From positions 64,001 through 128,000 of IMG/VR virus record IMGVR_UViG_3300026445_000027: DNA of 64,000 bases, one strand, 5' to 3'. The notes beneath the pieces were generated by a model. The model was not told where the DNA came from. It searched no databases and saw nothing but the letters and a program-made list of their open reading frames with translations. Positions 1 to 10,529 of the stretch are shown here, one piece after another (the first letter of the stretch is position 1; each line of letters begins with the position of its first letter). Position numbers and translations under genes: made by a program. The stretch comes from a virus.

Positions 1-346
1 TAGTGATCTTGACCTCGTGAGCATCAGACCGTGAGAACTGTTGGAGGATCTTGCGGATCAACACATCGTTATCAGCGAAAGCCTTAGACAACAAGTTACC
101 AGCCCCACCTAGTACGTTGGCAAAGGCACTAACGGTTTTACCGCCTACCCAACCAACAGTAGTAAGTAGACCACCACCCAAACTACCCATGCCATTTACC
201 AGGGTCCCCAATACTTCTGTCAGAGCCTCATTACCGGTTACTGCTTCGTGGACAGCCACGTGTAGCTTTTGCAGACCGTTATTGAACTCTAGCAGCTCCA
301 AATGGGTTTCCATGCCCTGGATGTAAAGTTGCTTTAACTCACTCAT
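1..346 (-). CDS. Partial virion head/inner-body protein (3' end outside window)
   Basis: ATG at 346 with GGAGG RBS at 351-355; open to the window edge (MSELKQLYIQGMETHLE...TGNEAL); G-x-E maturation-type motifs; not in the ORF track. Confidence 0.7.
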   Translation of the reverse strand, partial: MSELKQLYIQGMETHLELLEFNNGLQKLHVAVHEAVTGNEALTEVLGTLVNGMGSLGGGLLTTVGWVGGKTVSAFANVLGGAGNLLSKAFADNDVLIRKILQQFSRSDAHEVKIT

Positions 347-354
347 GTAACCTC

Positions 355-1662
355 CTAGTCGGAAAGGTTAGCGGTGATGGAAGTGTTGCAGATTTCGATG
401 AGTCCGTTGAACACCAGGACCAGGTAGTTGTTTACCGCCGCACGGTTAGTGAGCAGGTCTACTTGGTTCTTACGTACCAGCGAGGCAAATGCGGTCTGTA
501 CCTTGTCTTTCATTTCGTCAGACATCGGCGACTCGTAGATACCCCGCATGACGTCGTTGAACTCCGAGTCATCCACTTTGTAGCGGTCGATCAGGTCAGC
601 AGCTTTACGCCAGCTAACCAAAGTACCGCGCAGGGATTTGACCAGACTGCGAATAGTGTCACTCGACAGGGTCTTGATCTCGGTGCCGATTTTCGGGTAT
701 TCAACTGGAGAACTGTTGAAGAACTCCACACCATCCAGGTCGATCAATGCATGGACGTAGCCCACCACCTGTTCCACGTTAGTGGGGTTGGTGTTCTTAC
801 GTTCATTACGCTTGTCCAAGAAGTAAGCACCGCCCATCAACTCGACGGACTGCTTAGCCACCACGTTACCAGTGGTGAACTCCTTATTGGGATACGAGCA
901 CTCTTTGAAGCGATTCGACGGCACAGCTTTAGGCAGCAAGAGGAAACGCTGCACAGCCTGGTCATCGTTGTCGTCAGCAAAGCCACCGAAATAGCGCACA
1001 GTGTTGTTCAACGCCGTGTTGCTAGCCAGGTAGTAGTTGTTGCTCAGCGCATTGATAGTCGCATTCAGCTTGGTGACACTACCGATCCAGTCCTCGTTTA
1101 CCTTACCGCCAATCTTGAACAGATTGAACAGGCGGGTGCCCAGGAGGATGGTGTCAGTACCAGCCTTAAACGTACCGGCGGACTCGACGTCTTTTTCCAG
1201 CAGGTCCAGCAAAGCATTCAGGGAGTCTACCGACTGAGTAAACAGCAGGTAAGACTCCTGGAAGCCAATACTGATGTGCGCAGTGATTTCCTTAGCCTTA
1301 CGGTAGAAGTCACCCAGGAACGATTCACAGCCCTGCATACGCGTTTTACGGAATACCGCTGGCGACAGACTGCGACCAAGGCATTCGAAGCCCTGGACGT
1401 CTCCCAGATCGTCTGCGGGGATGTCTACATCGGACCGGGTCAGCTGGTTGTCGATTTGCTTGGCCAGGGTAAGGTTAATACCGTGGTCATTCAACGACAC
1501 CAATACCTTCTTGGCTACTGTTACCCGGTCTTTGTCTCCATCCAGCTTTTCTTGCAGCTGCTGGAGTTGGGCAGTGTCCTTGGCTTTCTCTACTAACTCA
1601 GCAGATTTAACCGTGGAGATCACCGCCATTTCAGCAGCTAGTTGCAGATCACTGTTCGACAT
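355..1662 (-). CDS. Virion head/inner-body protein (phiKZ gp92/93-region family)
   Basis: 435 aa; helical N-terminal propeptide-like region followed by GFE/GCE motifs; lies in the head-protein operon. Confidence 0.6.
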   Translation of the reverse strand: MSNSDLQLAAEMAVISTVKSAELVEKAKDTAQLQQLQEKLDGDKDRVTVAKKVLVSLNDHGINLTLAKQIDNQLTRSDVDIPADDLGDVQGFECLGRSLSPAVFRKTRMQGCESFLGDFYRKAKEITAHISIGFQESYLLFTQSVDSLNALLDLLEKDVESAGTFKAGTDTILLGTRLFNLFKIGGKVNEDWIGSVTKLNATINALSNNYYLASNTALNNTVRYFGGFADDNDDQAVQRFLLLPKAVPSNRFKECSYPNKEFTTGNVVAKQSVELMGGAYFLDKRNERKNTNPTNVEQVVGYVHALIDLDGVEFFNSSPVEYPKIGTEIKTLSSDTIRSLVKSLRGTLVSWRKAADLIDRYKVDDSEFNDVMRGIYESPMSDEMKDKVQTAFASLVRKNQVDLLTNRAAVNNYLVLVFNGLIEICNTSITANLSD

Positions 1663-2161
1663 AGTAGGTGCCTCCGCCCAAGAGCAGGAAGATCCTGGCT
1701 ACTTCCAAGGTACCGACACCTGCCATCAAGCGGTAGAGGTCGAAGTGGTACAGTTGCAGGCCTTGCTTGATCAGTGGGTCGATCGAGCTGCTGCCGTGAC
1801 TGGTGGTAACGTAAACAGCGTCGTGGTAATGGTTGGCATTACGCAGCCGTTCTTCGTGCATGGTGATCGCTGTACGCAGAGACATGTGCCCGATCTTACC
1901 GTTGAGGTAGTTCAGGATATCCCGCACCAGGCCAGACAATGGACCTTCAGCGTTAACACGCATCCAGTCAGCAAAGTCATCACCAGTCAGACGACGTACC
2001 GCGCGAATAACTTCGATCGCAGTGTAGCCTTTCAGCAGCACGTTGAAATCGACGTAAGCATCACGACGCAAGGCCACGAAATTACGGAAGAGACCTGTGG
2101 CTTCCGCATCTGTAACCTGGTCGTTGAAGAACCCGTTGGTTCCCATACGGAAGCTGGTCAT
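1649..2161 (-). CDS. Hypothetical phage protein
   Basis: 170 aa, coupled or overlapping with both neighbours. Confidence 0.65.
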   Translation of the reverse strand: MTSFRMGTNGFFNDQVTDAEATGLFRNFVALRRDAYVDFNVLLKGYTAIEVIRAVRRLTGDDFADWMRVNAEGPLSGLVRDILNYLNGKIGHMSLRTAITMHEERLRNANHYHDAVYVTTSHGSSSIDPLIKQGLQLYHFDLYRLMAGVGTLEVARIFLLLGGGTYYVEQ

Positions 2162-3048
2162 CAGTCGTAACTCCGGATGATTTGCTCGATGGCGTGTTCG
2201 TTCTTGATGATTTTCTCTTGATAGATCTCAATGGTGCGATCGATCTGAGGATCATTGGTGCCATCACGCCGGTTGATAGCCTGGGAGATTTTCATGGCGT
2301 GCTGTTGGTTTTTAGCACGCATGTTGTCGATCCGAGCCAGGTTGATGTTTTTCATACCCAGGCCGATCCAGAACAGTGGGTTCAGGTTGTGGATACCAAA
2401 ACCTTTACCGACCATATCGGTGGCGCTCTTACCGGTGGTGGACTCGAGCACGTCGATCGACACTTCGGAGATCTCTGCGTCTGGAACTTTCTCCAGGGTG
2501 GAGATCATCATCTTGCTGCCTTTCAGGAGCTCGACGGTGAAGTGCTTGTAGAACTCCTGGGTGCCGTTCAACCATTTCTGGTCGTGGCCGCTCAGGTACT
2601 TGGCTGGGTCTACCTTGTTCAGCTGAATGGTCAGCAGGACATCGAGGATCTTGCTGGTGTACTCACCCCAGAAATAGAAGTGTTCTACCAGGTTGAGGAT
2701 GTTAGCCTGCTTGAGGGTAACCAGCTTGCCATCCCACACCTTGGTGTTGTAATGACGAACCATTTTCTCAACCGCCATCACCCCGATCTTGATAGCCGAC
2801 AGACCGAACTCCAGGTTGTGCAGGAACGATGAACCACGGAAACCCTTGTCCTGGGTGTAGCGGTGGATAGCCTTGGTCAGGTACCACTCGTCGGCGATAC
2901 CGTTGATCACGCCATCCATGTTGTTGGCTTTGAGCTGGTCGATGTTGCCGAGCAGATCGTTTACGCTTACGCTGATAGCGGCCAGCAGACCGTACAGTTC
3001 CGACTCGGTGAAGGTTTTCACCTTACCAGTGTAAGACAGAATATCCAT
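2161..3048 (-). CDS. Virion structural protein (phiKZ gp90-like by synteny)
   Basis: 295 aa, helical, coupled to neighbours. Confidence 0.6.
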   Translation of the reverse strand: MDILSYTGKVKTFTESELYGLLAAISVSVNDLLGNIDQLKANNMDGVINGIADEWYLTKAIHRYTQDKGFRGSSFLHNLEFGLSAIKIGVMAVEKMVRHYNTKVWDGKLVTLKQANILNLVEHFYFWGEYTSKILDVLLTIQLNKVDPAKYLSGHDQKWLNGTQEFYKHFTVELLKGSKMMISTLEKVPDAEISEVSIDVLESTTGKSATDMVGKGFGIHNLNPLFWIGLGMKNINLARIDNMRAKNQQHAMKISQAINRRDGTNDPQIDRTIEIYQEKIIKNEHAIEQIIRSYD

Positions 3049-4157
3049 TACATACCCCCGTTCAGCAGCTTGACGAGATCAGCGAAGCTGCTCGAGCCCA
3101 TATCTTTTTTGCTCTTCAGCGCGATGTCCTTGCGGGTGTAAACCTCAGGACGCGACTGACCGTGCGTGTAGAAAGTGAAAATGCCGCGGTCTTCGTTGCA
3201 CACTACGATGGTGTTGGCTTTGACGGCCTTGAAGATTTCATTACGCGAGTTCGCATCGGAGAACCGGCGACCAATGGACAGTTCCAGTTGGTTGGCAGTG
3301 TCCTGCGAGAAAATGAACGAGTTGGCCAACGAGTTAACCGAGATCACACCGGTACGCACGGCTTCCATACGGTTGCCTGCTTCGTTTTTCATGGCCTCGC
3401 GGTAATACCCGGACATGTCCTCGTTCTTGATCTTGAAGCGCTCTTTGATAATGTCCTTACCAGAGAGCAGATCAGGAATGGTGATCTCCTTGGTTTCTAC
3501 CATGGTGAAGCGACCCCAGAAGGAATCGTCATTTTTGGCAGAGGAGAAAATACGAGTCAGGTCACTGGAGTTCACCGGTACCGGGATCTGACGGAAGGTC
3601 AGTGGGAACTCGATGTCCTTACCACTAGCGGTAGGCAGGGTAGCGATTACCGTACGACCAACAGCCAGCGGAGTGTACTCACTCAGGTCGGGCATGTTCT
3701 TACCGTTGACCGAGATAGTAGGAACGAAGTTTTTCTCTTCCTCTTCCTTCTGCTCTTTGGTCTTGATATTTTTGTCGTACGCTTCAATACCGGCCAATGC
3801 CATGAGACCAGCACGCTTAGGGTTTACCGAACCGATGAGGTTGGAAACCTTGACACCCATGGCTACCGAAGACTCCAGCGACAGGTGGGTCAGGGTAGCG
3901 ACGATGTCGCGCAGGTTAACGATCTGGATGAGATCGTTCATGTATTCTTGGTGGATGCTAGCGGCCTCAATTACCACCATAGGGGCGATAATTGCACGGT
4001 TTGCGCTCTCGTGTACCGAGCGCGTACTTACCACATTGTATGCTTGTCTGGCTTGACCAGTAGCCTCTACTACGGCCCCGATATCTTTGTTGTCGGGGTA
4101 GATTCTGGAAGCCAGGCCCAGAAACATCGATCCCAGGTTCAACGCTGCGGAGATCAT
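3048..4157 (-). CDS. Virion structural/inner head protein (phiKZ gp89-like by synteny)
   Basis: 369 aa; GAGG RBS; AGIE motif. Confidence 0.6.
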   Translation of the reverse strand: MISAALNLGSMFLGLASRIYPDNKDIGAVVEATGQARQAYNVVSTRSVHESANRAIIAPMVVIEAASIHQEYMNDLIQIVNLRDIVATLTHLSLESSVAMGVKVSNLIGSVNPKRAGLMALAGIEAYDKNIKTKEQKEEEEKNFVPTISVNGKNMPDLSEYTPLAVGRTVIATLPTASGKDIEFPLTFRQIPVPVNSSDLTRIFSSAKNDDSFWGRFTMVETKEITIPDLLSGKDIIKERFKIKNEDMSGYYREAMKNEAGNRMEAVRTGVISVNSLANSFIFSQDTANQLELSIGRRFSDANSRNEIFKAVKANTIVVCNEDRGIFTFYTHGQSRPEVYTRKDIALKSKKDMGSSSFADLVKLLNGGM

Positions 4158-4189
4158 TGGGTTTACCTCTATTTTTAAGAGAATCGTTT

Positions 4190-5257
4190 ATGGCAGATAA
4201 TCCAACGAGTGGTTGGTTTGACGGAACACCAGGTAACGCAAAACCTGCCAGTAATTTAACTCCACAGTCTTTCGAAGACTACATGGACTTTGCACTGCGA
4301 GAGAACGGAGGGCCTGGTTATCGGTCAGTCCTCGTTAACTTGTTGCGCGGAGCTAGGATTTTGGGCCCTGGGAACCAACAGGCCCCCATCCCCGACGACA
4401 CCATAGGATTAGTCTTCATGAACCGTCCGTGCTTGAATTTATCGGACAGTAACATCGAAGAACACCCGCAATTACTGTCTTATATCAGCCCGCCACAAAA
4501 CAGTCTCAACTCGTACATTAAAGGCTTGTTGGATCCTAACTGGGCTAAGGGCAACAGTGGTCTGGTGGAGTGGCTTGACCCACTTTATCCATGGATCGCT
4601 CCAGTTAGTAATTTGGTTAAAGTGTGCAGTGGCTTCCCAGACGTTAGTCTTAACGTAGCTCGTAGCACGCCAGGTATTCGTAAAGAGGTCTACCAATACG
4701 TCGACGGCATCTTAGCTGTCAACGGTGACTTCGATATGTCGTTGTCGTTCTATCCATTAAAGCATAACCTGCTGGCTACTATCTTCGATGTGTGGAACCA
4801 CTACATTGATGGTGTGTCTACAGGTGACACTGGGATGGAGCCTTACTCGGAAGCACTGATTCAGAACTACCGAGATTACGACTGTACTATCTTTACCGTT
4901 ATCATGAATAAAAACATGCGTAACGTTGAGGGCATTTATAACAACTTCTATTGCTGGCCTAACACTTTCCCGAGTGGGGCATTCAGTGCGGTAGACCGTA
5001 CCCAAGACACCTTGCGTGGTCAGGGGCAGGACGAACTCGAGATCCGGTTCCCTAGTGTTGGGTTCCGGTATAACAACCTTAAAGTAGTGGACCGGTTCAA
5101 CCGTATTACTCTGGCGTTCAATCCTAACATGAGTCCCGACCTGCGGGAGCAGAACTACAAGAAGTTAGATGTGGCCGAGTACTTTGCGGGCGGTTACCAC
5201 GCCTATCCATGGATCAACCCACTGAACATGGAAATGGAATACTGGAGCGCTAAATAA
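4190..5257 (+). CDS. Virion structural protein, probably baseplate/tube-like
   Basis: Start reassigned to ATG 4190 (MADNP); coupled (TAATG) to the 978-aa gene. Confidence 0.55.
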   Translation: MADNPTSGWFDGTPGNAKPASNLTPQSFEDYMDFALRENGGPGYRSVLVNLLRGARILGPGNQQAPIPDDTIGLVFMNRPCLNLSDSNIEEHPQLLSYISPPQNSLNSYIKGLLDPNWAKGNSGLVEWLDPLYPWIAPVSNLVKVCSGFPDVSLNVARSTPGIRKEVYQYVDGILAVNGDFDMSLSFYPLKHNLLATIFDVWNHYIDGVSTGDTGMEPYSEALIQNYRDYDCTIFTVIMNKNMRNVEGIYNNFYCWPNTFPSGAFSAVDRTQDTLRGQGQDELEIRFPSVGFRYNNLKVVDRFNRITLAFNPNMSPDLREQNYKKLDVAEYFAGGYHAYPWINPLNMEMEYWSAK

Positions 5258-8193
5258 TGCCGATCACCCAAGACCAGTTAACCGCGTTAGCGGATAACCC
5301 CGAACGTGGTATTGACATCCTGATCAACGATGTCGAGAACAACTTCTTTAACAAGCGTGTCCAGCTGAACAGCAAGACCCACCCGGCTATTCTGGCATAC
5401 GACTTGATCCTCGGTACCACCCACGGTGTGCTGAACCGTATCGACGATTCGATCAGCAAGTCTTTCCCCGACCATGCGCGGAATATCTCCGAGCTGGCCA
5501 AGCACATGGGTGACGAGGAAAAGATTGGTCTGTTTGGTATGCCTAGTAGTTGTACGCTGCTACTGGGTATTCAGATTGATGCCTTTAATAAGCTAGCAAA
5601 AGAAGAAACCGTAACGGTAGGGAAAATCACCAACAAGTACCGTGTGCTGTTGTTCCCAAAAGACACCGAGGTTTACTTCAACGGTATTCCTTTTGCTATC
5701 GAGAACGGTATCGAGATTCGTTTCCGTGACTCGTCAGGCTACCAGGTGGTTTACGACGAGAAGGTCCCTAACCCACAAGCGCCTGTTCAACAGAATATCT
5801 TGCAACGGGATTTCAAGACCGAGAACGGTGTTAACTTCCTGACTATCCAAGTGCCTGCTCGTCAGCTGGCTTGTAACCCAACTGAAGGTCTGACCTCCAA
5901 CGCCTCGTCTGGTTGCCGTGGGCAGATCACCTACTCCGATAACTTGTATAACGTACGTGCGTTTATCCAACGTGCCAACAGTAACGTTAAGCAAGAGATC
6001 AAGGTAGTGTTCGACCAAGACGTGTTCGACCAGAACAGTATCACGCTGGCGTTGAACATTGACACTACTAATAAGACCTTCAACTACGAGATCCCGGACG
6101 TTTACATCCAGGATGGTAGTGGTGTTGGTACTATCAGTATTTACACTTACACCACGCTGGGGGAACTGAACAAAGACTACCGCTCGATCCCATTGAAGGA
6201 AGTCAAGGTTAACTACCAAGACTACCGTTATGGCGCTGGTCGTCTGGGCGAGTACTCGGAAGGTATCCGTAACTCTGGTGCGATTGCCTGGGGTGCAATG
6301 ACTCCTACCCGCGGTGGTACTACACCTCCTCCATTCCTGGAGATCAAGCGTAGTTTCCTGTTGGGTCGCCGCCTGCGTACGTTGCCGATCACCAACAATA
6401 ACCTGGAAGGTACCGTAGAAGCTTCTGGCTATAACTCGGTTAAGGTAATCGACTACCTCACCGGTCGTCAGTACTCGATTACTAAAGAGTTGCCTATCCA
6501 GGAGAACAAAAGTTTCTACAGTGCCATGTCTTGCTTTGTTGGTAGCCACTTGGCTTCGGCTAACCAACTGGTGAACAGTGGTGTGGTACTGGACAACGGT
6601 AAGCGTATCACCATTCCACACAACGTGCTGTTTGACGTGACCGACTACACTACACAGCTGGTAACCAGTGTGGTCAAGAACCGTTACCTGGGTCTTACCA
6701 ACGAGGAACTGGTAGAACTCATTGCTAACCGTACGTTGGTGTACACCCCGTTCTACTACGTGATGGACCTTACCAACAACCAAGCGGTGCTGCGTACTTA
6801 CCACCTGGATGAACCAAAGCTTAACTACCAGACCTTCGTATCTGAGAACGAAGCGTTGGGTATCGAGGTCGGTGTAGGTTCTATTGATATCGAACACCAG
6901 GATGATGGCTACCTCATTACCCTGGTTACTCAGTCCAGTCAGTCGTACAAACAACTGGAGAACGACTCGGTCGGAATCCAGCTGTGCACGAATATCACTG
7001 ACTCGATCTCGTTGGCTAGTGTGCGTGGTACATTCTTCGGGTTGAATGAGAACGACGAACGTATTTGGCAATTCAAGCTGGATACCAACTACGACGTTGA
7101 TGTTAACGACGTAATCTATTTCACCAACCTGTGGATGTTTGGTCAGAAGCAGTACAGTGTAGGTACTCCACTGGATCTGAACATGTCGTTCATTTTCACA
7201 ATGGATGGCGACCCTGCTAGTACTGACACGCCTAGCGACCGAAAAATCGAACAGCCAATGTTTGAAGACCTGCAGCTGGCTATCATTGAGACCTCCTACT
7301 CGGTAACCCTGGGTAAACGTTTGGGTAACCTGTACAGCCGTATCCGGCCACTGGTTGGTGAGGGTCAGTACAAACGCTATGAGACCGATATCCCACAGCG
7401 TTATGAAGTCGATGAGCTTAAGCGCGACCCAGAAACTGGTAACTTGGTGTTTGACTCCCAGGGCAAAGTGATTATCCTGCATCGTGCAGGTGACATCGAA
7501 TACGCTCCTAACGGTCAGCCACGTCTGAAGTACCTGAAGAACGATATCGTCATGGACGAGAACGGTAACCCAGTTCCACTGGCTCCTCGTGATCTCCTAT
7601 ACCACTTCGACTTCATTGGTTTCGATGGTGCTTACTACTTCAGTCGTGATGATTACGATAAGGAGTTCGCCCAAGAGACCAAGGACCACTTCATCAACGT
7701 CATTAACGTCGACATGCAGTATTTCGACACACTGATGTTGGACCGTACCGGCCTGTTCTATCAACCACGTAGCAAGATCGGATCGCAGGAGGTCGTTGTT
7801 AACAGTAACTACCAGATGGCGCTCAAGCAAGACCTTAGCTTCGTGTTGGTGTACTACCTTTCGGAGACTGGCTACAAGAACCAGAACCTCAAAGAGTCCT
7901 TACTGGCTGCAAGCCCGCGCTTGATTAACCAGACACTTGCTGGGGCTACTCAGATCTCGACTGCTGAGCTTACTACTATTCTGTTGGCGGATGCGCCAGA
8001 AGACGTACGTGGTCTCAAACTGTCGGCACTGGCTGGTGACTCCACGATTGACATCATCAGTAACGAAGACGCGCTTACCGGTTTCGGTGTGCGTAAAGTC
8101 TTGCGTCTTACTAGTGACCAGTTGATCTCGGTACAAGAAGCGGTAGATGTAACGTTCATGCCTCACGACGTAAATATGGTAACAATCAAATAG
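5257..8193 (+). CDS. Large virion protein, putative baseplate wedge (T4 gp6-like)
   Basis: 978 aa, beta-rich; GGTTPPPFLEIKR resembles the GG-x(n)-E-I-R/K segment of gp6/J wedge proteins (inference). Confidence 0.5.
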   Translation: MPITQDQLTALADNPERGIDILINDVENNFFNKRVQLNSKTHPAILAYDLILGTTHGVLNRIDDSISKSFPDHARNISELAKHMGDEEKIGLFGMPSSCTLLLGIQIDAFNKLAKEETVTVGKITNKYRVLLFPKDTEVYFNGIPFAIENGIEIRFRDSSGYQVVYDEKVPNPQAPVQQNILQRDFKTENGVNFLTIQVPARQLACNPTEGLTSNASSGCRGQITYSDNLYNVRAFIQRANSNVKQEIKVVFDQDVFDQNSITLALNIDTTNKTFNYEIPDVYIQDGSGVGTISIYTYTTLGELNKDYRSIPLKEVKVNYQDYRYGAGRLGEYSEGIRNSGAIAWGAMTPTRGGTTPPPFLEIKRSFLLGRRLRTLPITNNNLEGTVEASGYNSVKVIDYLTGRQYSITKELPIQENKSFYSAMSCFVGSHLASANQLVNSGVVLDNGKRITIPHNVLFDVTDYTTQLVTSVVKNRYLGLTNEELVELIANRTLVYTPFYYVMDLTNNQAVLRTYHLDEPKLNYQTFVSENEALGIEVGVGSIDIEHQDDGYLITLVTQSSQSYKQLENDSVGIQLCTNITDSISLASVRGTFFGLNENDERIWQFKLDTNYDVDVNDVIYFTNLWMFGQKQYSVGTPLDLNMSFIFTMDGDPASTDTPSDRKIEQPMFEDLQLAIIETSYSVTLGKRLGNLYSRIRPLVGEGQYKRYETDIPQRYEVDELKRDPETGNLVFDSQGKVIILHRAGDIEYAPNGQPRLKYLKNDIVMDENGNPVPLAPRDLLYHFDFIGFDGAYYFSRDDYDKEFAQETKDHFINVINVDMQYFDTLMLDRTGLFYQPRSKIGSQEVVVNSNYQMALKQDLSFVLVYYLSETGYKNQNLKESLLAASPRLINQTLAGATQISTAELTTILLADAPEDVRGLKLSALAGDSTIDIISNEDALTGFGVRKVLRLTSDQLISVQEAVDVTFMPHDVNMVTIK

Positions 8194-8202
8194 CAACCCC
8201 TA

Positions 8203-8234
8203 CTACCCCTACTCCCGCAAGGGAGTAGGGGTAG
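8203..8234. terminator. 14-bp hairpin between convergent genes
   Basis: ctacccctactccc-GCAA-gggagtaggggtag. Confidence 0.75.
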
Positions 8235-8241
8235 GTAAGGA

Positions 8242-8985
8242 TTACATTTCCAACACGATTTCCAGCTTGACTACGAGCTCGTTCAAATACTCAGCAAACA
8301 GCTGGGTAATGTTAAGCTCTGCCAGGTAACGGTCAGCTTCCCACTTCACGCCGTGCAGACTGGTGTAGTCATCGGTGTAATGCACGTCCTTGTTGCGACG
8401 TTCCAGGAAGCGATTATGAGCTGCTTTGAGATCGGTATCGAACTCAGTCAGCATCAGGTAGTCGCCGTCTTCAATACACTGGGAATTGACAATGTAGTCT
8501 TTCCAGGTAGGGGTCTCGGCTACTTCTTCAACACTAAGCTCGAACGAGCAATACTTAACGCCTTCAATGTAAGTGAGTACGTTTTTACGGAACTCATTCA
8601 CAGCATCCAGACCGATTGGGTCATTGATGTCGAATTGGTTAAGCTTGGCCAACACCACGCCTACGGTGCGCTCGATATACTCGTGCGCTTCCAGTACGTA
8701 CTCCACAGCGGGTTTCATATCGCCGAGCAGGTTAGCCACTGCATAAGGCGGCAGCGGTGCGTACATGATGGTGTTGGAGTTCTCGCGGGGGAAGTTAACT
8801 ACCAGGCGCGCCAGTAACTTCTTGGCATCGCTAGACTCGCCCCAGATGGTCTTGATAATGGTGCGAGCAATGGGCATGCTTACACCACGGCCTAACTCTT
8901 CTTTGATCATGCCCATTGATTCTTGAGCTTCACGAATACGAGTGTCGGCAATACCTTTCTTGGTACTCAAGGTATCCCAGATCAT
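8242..8985 (-). CDS. Hypothetical/virion protein
   Basis: Likely ATG 8985 overlapping the upstream stop (ATGA). Confidence 0.65.
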   Translation of the reverse strand: MIWDTLSTKKGIADTRIREAQESMGMIKEELGRGVSMPIARTIIKTIWGESSDAKKLLARLVVNFPRENSNTIMYAPLPPYAVANLLGDMKPAVEYVLEAHEYIERTVGVVLAKLNQFDINDPIGLDAVNEFRKNVLTYIEGVKYCSFELSVEEVAETPTWKDYIVNSQCIEDGDYLMLTEFDTDLKAAHNRFLERRNKDVHYTDDYTSLHGVKWEADRYLAELNITQLFAEYLNELVVKLEIVLEM

Positions 8986-10529
8986 GCTTTTCTCCATCCG
9001 ACCTGACGGGCGAAGTTGTTGTAGGTTTCTTTGAGTTCCTTCAGGTTGGGCTCAATCACTGCATGCAGTGTACCGCTAGCCCGTTCCATGAAGGTTTTAG
9101 CATCCGCATCCTTGATAAACATCAAAGGCTGTGGACGACCCTTCTTATCCAGCAACGGCTTGTGCCCGTGTGCCTTGGCATCAGCAACTGCGGCCATCAT
9201 GATGTCCAGGTCACCGATTACCCCACCCATGTAGTAAGCATAGGTACGGTTGTGCCATTCCACCAGGTTGATGATCTGCTTCTGCACCACGTTCAGCGAC
9301 TGCGACACACTGTAGCAGAACTGGGTAAAGTTCCGCACTTCCATGGTCATACGCTGGTACTCAGCAGTAAGCTGGTGCTGCTTAGGCAGTTTGGTGTAAC
9401 CGTAGAAACTGTTCATGTCTTCGATTTTGTCTGCATCAGACTTGTCGATCAACTCACCCAGTTCTTTCCAATTGATACCGCTGAGGTCCAACTGTTTGTC
9501 GGAGATCTCTTGGTAGCGCTTGTTGAGTGCCTGGATGTTAACGAACAGTTGTGGGATATCCTGCGGAGCCAACTGAATGGTTTGCGTGTGGATATCCTGC
9601 TTGAGCTTAGCACGGACTTTGTCAAACCCTTCGGTCAGTTCTTCATTAGTGAAGCTGACTTTGTAGAGTTCTTCGTAGACCTTACCGACTACGACAGTAA
9701 TAGGCTGGACGTCCAGGCTAGCCTTGACTTCCTCGATGCCTTTAACTACACGCACGGCTTCAGGGGAATCCCCCATGCTCAGTTGCTCACCACGGCTACG
9801 ACGCGCCACAAACTGTTTGTGCTCTTCTTTCAAGGTCTTCTTGAATCGACGAGCAGCCTGGTCGGCTTTGTTGCTAGCCTGATTCAGTTTGGACACGGCA
9901 TCCTTGAGCAAAGGCAGTGCGGTGTGCAGGCCCTTGATCGAGTCCATATCCTTTTCCATTTTGGATTTAAGGATGTGGAGCTGGGTGACCGGAGACTTGC
10001 CTGGAGCCATCTCGCCCAGATAAGCCTCTACGTTGTACGTAGCCGCAGGGAAGCCCAGACCTTTGAGAGTCTCAGCAAACTGTTGTTTCAGATCATCCAA
10101 GGAGTCATCGATCTCCTTATTGATACGCGCAGACTTACGGAAACCGAAGAAGGTCTTGACGATGTCCACTACCCAGTCAATAGCCATACGGATATAACGG
10201 ATAACAGCTGCAACACCTTCCTTGAATTTCTCAGCTACGTAGCCAAAGAACCCTTCTGCACCGGTACGAGCGTTACGCTCCGATGGGAAAGGATCATAGC
10301 GGTTAGCACCATCGAGGTCTAACTGCTTAGCGATATCGCGGGACAACTTACCCATAGACAACTGCTCGAAGCCCTGCATCATTACAGTGCCTTCTTGCTG
10401 GTTGGTCTCTTTGAAGTATTCGTCCAGGTCGACTCGCTGTTTACCCGAACCTGGCTGATATGAATCAGTGGGGCTCGAGTTACCTACCTGCTTGTAGGAA
10501 TCGATTTGTTCCCCAGCTTCATCACTCAT
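8982..10529 (-). CDS. Virion head protein
   Basis: 515 aa; acidic N-terminus then GFE and TGAEGFF motifs; coiled-coil rich. Confidence 0.6.
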   Translation of the reverse strand: MSDEAGEQIDSYKQVGNSSPTDSYQPGSGKQRVDLDEYFKETNQQEGTVMMQGFEQLSMGKLSRDIAKQLDLDGANRYDPFPSERNARTGAEGFFGYVAEKFKEGVAAVIRYIRMAIDWVVDIVKTFFGFRKSARINKEIDDSLDDLKQQFAETLKGLGFPAATYNVEAYLGEMAPGKSPVTQLHILKSKMEKDMDSIKGLHTALPLLKDAVSKLNQASNKADQAARRFKKTLKEEHKQFVARRSRGEQLSMGDSPEAVRVVKGIEEVKASLDVQPITVVVGKVYEELYKVSFTNEELTEGFDKVRAKLKQDIHTQTIQLAPQDIPQLFVNIQALNKRYQEISDKQLDLSGINWKELGELIDKSDADKIEDMNSFYGYTKLPKQHQLTAEYQRMTMEVRNFTQFCYSVSQSLNVVQKQIINLVEWHNRTYAYYMGGVIGDLDIMMAAVADAKAHGHKPLLDKKGRPQPLMFIKDADAKTFMERASGTLHAVIEPNLKELKETYNNFARQVGWRKA

